Assembly: GCA_938040325.1 (NCBI GenBank)
Contig: CALHXW010000039.1
Coordinates: 13,513 to 77,512, forward strand
DNA from: an uncultured bacterium
GTDB taxonomy: Bacteria; Myxococcota_A; UBA9042; PHBI01
Length of the DNA: 64,000 bases
Reading direction: 5' to 3'
The position numbers and the translations under genes were made by a program. Under the pieces are notes generated by a model that saw nothing but the letters and a program-made list of their open reading frames with translations, did not search any database and had not been told where the DNA came from. Below, one piece after another: positions 62,557-64,000 of the stretch; position 1 is the stretch's first letter, and each line of letters starts with the position of its first letter.

Positions 62557-63459
62557 TCACAAGCAGAGCCCCGCCGGACACATCGCCGCCATCGACGTTG
62601 CCGTCACCTCGTCGCCGCGTGCGTACCAGCCCGCGGGTGGGCGGGTGTGCGCCTGCTCGCTTGAGTCGCCGTACTCCAGCAGCAAGCGGTTGCCGTCGAC
62701 CCAATACACAGCGCGCGCCTCCCCGAAGCAGCCGTTGAGGGTCAGTCCCCCATGAATGGACGAGTCGCAGCCAAGGTTCCACGTGCCGGTGTCGCAGAGC
62801 TCATCGCTTCCCTCGGGACCGCTGCGCGCCATCACGTGCGACTCACCGAGGACCAGCTGCGCCTCGGTCGCGAGATGGATCCAGTGGACCCCCTCAAGGC
62901 CTGCAGCCACCGTGGCGGGGTCACAGCCAGGCTCGCCGTCGCCAGGGCAATCACATACGTCGGCGATGGCCTCCACATCAGAGCAGGTCTGGGCGTTGAT
63001 GGCCGGGCACTCGGCGTCGTGAAGCGCGCTTGCATTCGCCTGCTCATAGATACTGCCAAAGCACGCCTCTTTGCAGCGGTCGAGATAGGTCGTTTGGGAA
63101 CCGATCGCGCTTGCAGGACACATCGCCCCAAGGCAAGCGACGAGCCGCTGGCAGTAGGATTCGCACTCCTCGACCTGCCAGCCTGGCAGGTCCGGAGGCG
63201 CCGGCGTGCCAGACGCGGTGTCCGCGGCTGTCACGTCCGAGCTTGCATCCGGGGCCACGTCGCCCGAGCCGATGTCACTAGAGCTCTGGTCGGTGCCCGC
63301 CGCCGCCTCGTCTGCCGCGCCTTCGGCGCTGAACGCCGTTCCTTCGCGGTCGTCGCTGACGCAGCTAGGCCCGAGCGTGAGTGCGAGCACCAGCACGCCG
63401 AGGCGTGGCCCGGCCCACGCGCGGAGGTCACACGCTGTGACGTTTGCTTGGTGCATCAT
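62557..63459 (-). CDS. Cys-rich secreted lipoprotein, member of a tandem paralogous pair
   Basis: Signal peptide/lipobox LVLALTLGPSC. C-terminal domain shared with the next gene (GVHW...LNGC...MAAMCPAGLC). Start set at ATG 63459, which overlaps the upstream stop (ATGA). The first 73 residues of the track ORF are rejected. Confidence 0.7.
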   Translation of the reverse strand: MMHQANVTACDLRAWAGPRLGVLVLALTLGPSCVSDDREGTAFSAEGAADEAAAGTDQSSSDIGSGDVAPDASSDVTAADTASGTPAPPDLPGWQVEECESYCQRLVACLGAMCPASAIGSQTTYLDRCKEACFGSIYEQANASALHDAECPAINAQTCSDVEAIADVCDCPGDGEPGCDPATVAAGLEGVHWIHLATEAQLVLGESHVMARSGPEGSDELCDTGTWNLGCDSSIHGGLTLNGCFGEARAVYWVDGNRLLLEYGDSSEQAHTRPPAGWYARGDEVTATSMAAMCPAGLCL

Positions 63460-64000
63460 GGGCAGCTCCCAGCCGGACACATGGCAGCCAGCGACTCGGT
63501 GGTCGGCGCGTCCGTTCGAGTCAGCCAGTAGTACTCGGCGATGCCGTCGTCGCCGGGCTGCGGGTCGCTGATCATCTGAAGCGTGTCTTGAAACACAATG
63601 AAGGTGAAGCTCGTGCTGCTGGTGCAACCGTTGAGCAGGATCCGGCCTTGGGTAGCCGTGCGGCAGGTCAGGCTCCACGAGCCGCCGTCGCAGGTATCGC
63701 CGCCCTCGACACTCCGCAGCATCGTGCCGTCGGCGTTGAGCACCAAGCCGTTGACGAAGCCGGGGAGGACGTCGTCTGCGACCCAGTGGACGCCAGTGAC
63801 CGTCGCCGCGACGGCGGCGTCTTCACACGGCGGGACGCGCACGGTACCGCCGCTGCAGTCGCAGCCTTGAGCGACCTCCGGAAACGCTTGGCAGGAGGCC
63901 GCATTCACGGTGTCACAGGCAGCGTCTTCCAGCGCTTCAGCCCGGTCTTGAAGCGAGACGCTCTCGTGACAGCGGCGGCTACACAGCTCCGAGAACGCCG
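63456..64000 (-). CDS. Cys-rich secreted protein, paralog of the 62557-63459 gene (5' end beyond the window)
   Basis: Frame is open to the window end. Hand translation upstream of the track ORF gives ...CSRRCHESVSLQDRAEALEDAACDTVNAASCQ..., parallel to the neighbour's ...AECPAINAQTCSDVEAIADVCDCPG. Ends LAAMCPAGSCP versus MAAMCPAGLCL. Confidence 0.65.
   Translation of the reverse strand, partial: AFSELCSRRCHESVSLQDRAEALEDAACDTVNAASCQAFPEVAQGCDCSGGTVRVPPCEDAAVAATVTGVHWVADDVLPGFVNGLVLNADGTMLRSVEGGDTCDGGSWSLTCRTATQGRILLNGCTSSTSFTFIVFQDTLQMISDPQPGDDGIAEYYWLTRTDAPTTESLAAMCPAGSCP

Overview
This is a high-GC (~68-70%) chromosomal segment. Gene content points to a myxobacterium-like deltaproteobacterium (Myxococcota): six eukaryotic-like Ser/Thr kinases, PEGA domains, Cys-rich-repeat lipoproteins and a sigma-54 activator domain. 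It carries about 45 genes, densely packed, many in short operons with ATGA/GTGA start-stop overlaps.

Housekeeping genes present: the glycine cleavage operon gcvT-gcvH-gcvPA (minus strand, the glycine dehydrogenase subunit gene gcvPA running off the window start), folD, a rhomboid protease, tpm, tpx, tsaC, rpmB, cls, a class I aldolase, a membrane dipeptidase, a GH57 alpha-glucan enzyme followed by a GalT-like uridylyltransferase, and an fdhD / mobA / YdeP-like Cys-type molybdoenzyme cluster.

The sensory layer is large. Six Ser/Thr kinases are present: one fused to a cNMP-binding domain, two with extracytoplasmic PEGA-type architecture, and three giant STAND-type kinases. Of the giant ones, one fuses kinase, NTPase, TPR and GAF to a sigma-54 enhancer-binding module with an HTH; one is a tandem kinase-pseudokinase; one is co-operonic with the gene described next.

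The strongest hidden feature is at 32066-32638. A secreted peroxiredoxin/thioredoxin-fold lipoprotein is split into two ORFs by a single in-frame TGA sitting exactly at the redox-motif position (GHW-TGA-PFC, a U-x-x-C motif). A perfect 8-bp hairpin with a GGU loop lies 13 nt downstream. I read this as a selenocysteine peroxiredoxin with a bacterial SECIS-like element that the six-frame ORF track (and ORF-based gene calling generally) splits in two.

Other notable points: a sigma-54-type promoter (TGGTAC-N5-TTGCA) with an upstream array of five GACAGTC half-sites at about 10-bp phase ahead of a 962-aa transglutaminase-like/TPR protein; a Cys-rich-repeat lipoprotein with a C-terminal CxxCH cytochrome-c-like domain; tandem paralogous Cys-rich lipoproteins at the window end; a lipoprotein signal peptide with no canonical start codon just downstream of rpmB; and several structured intergenic regions. 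No rRNA, tRNA, CRISPR array, transposase or integrase gene was found.

All calls rest on reading the sequence and the supplied ORF translations. No database search was run.
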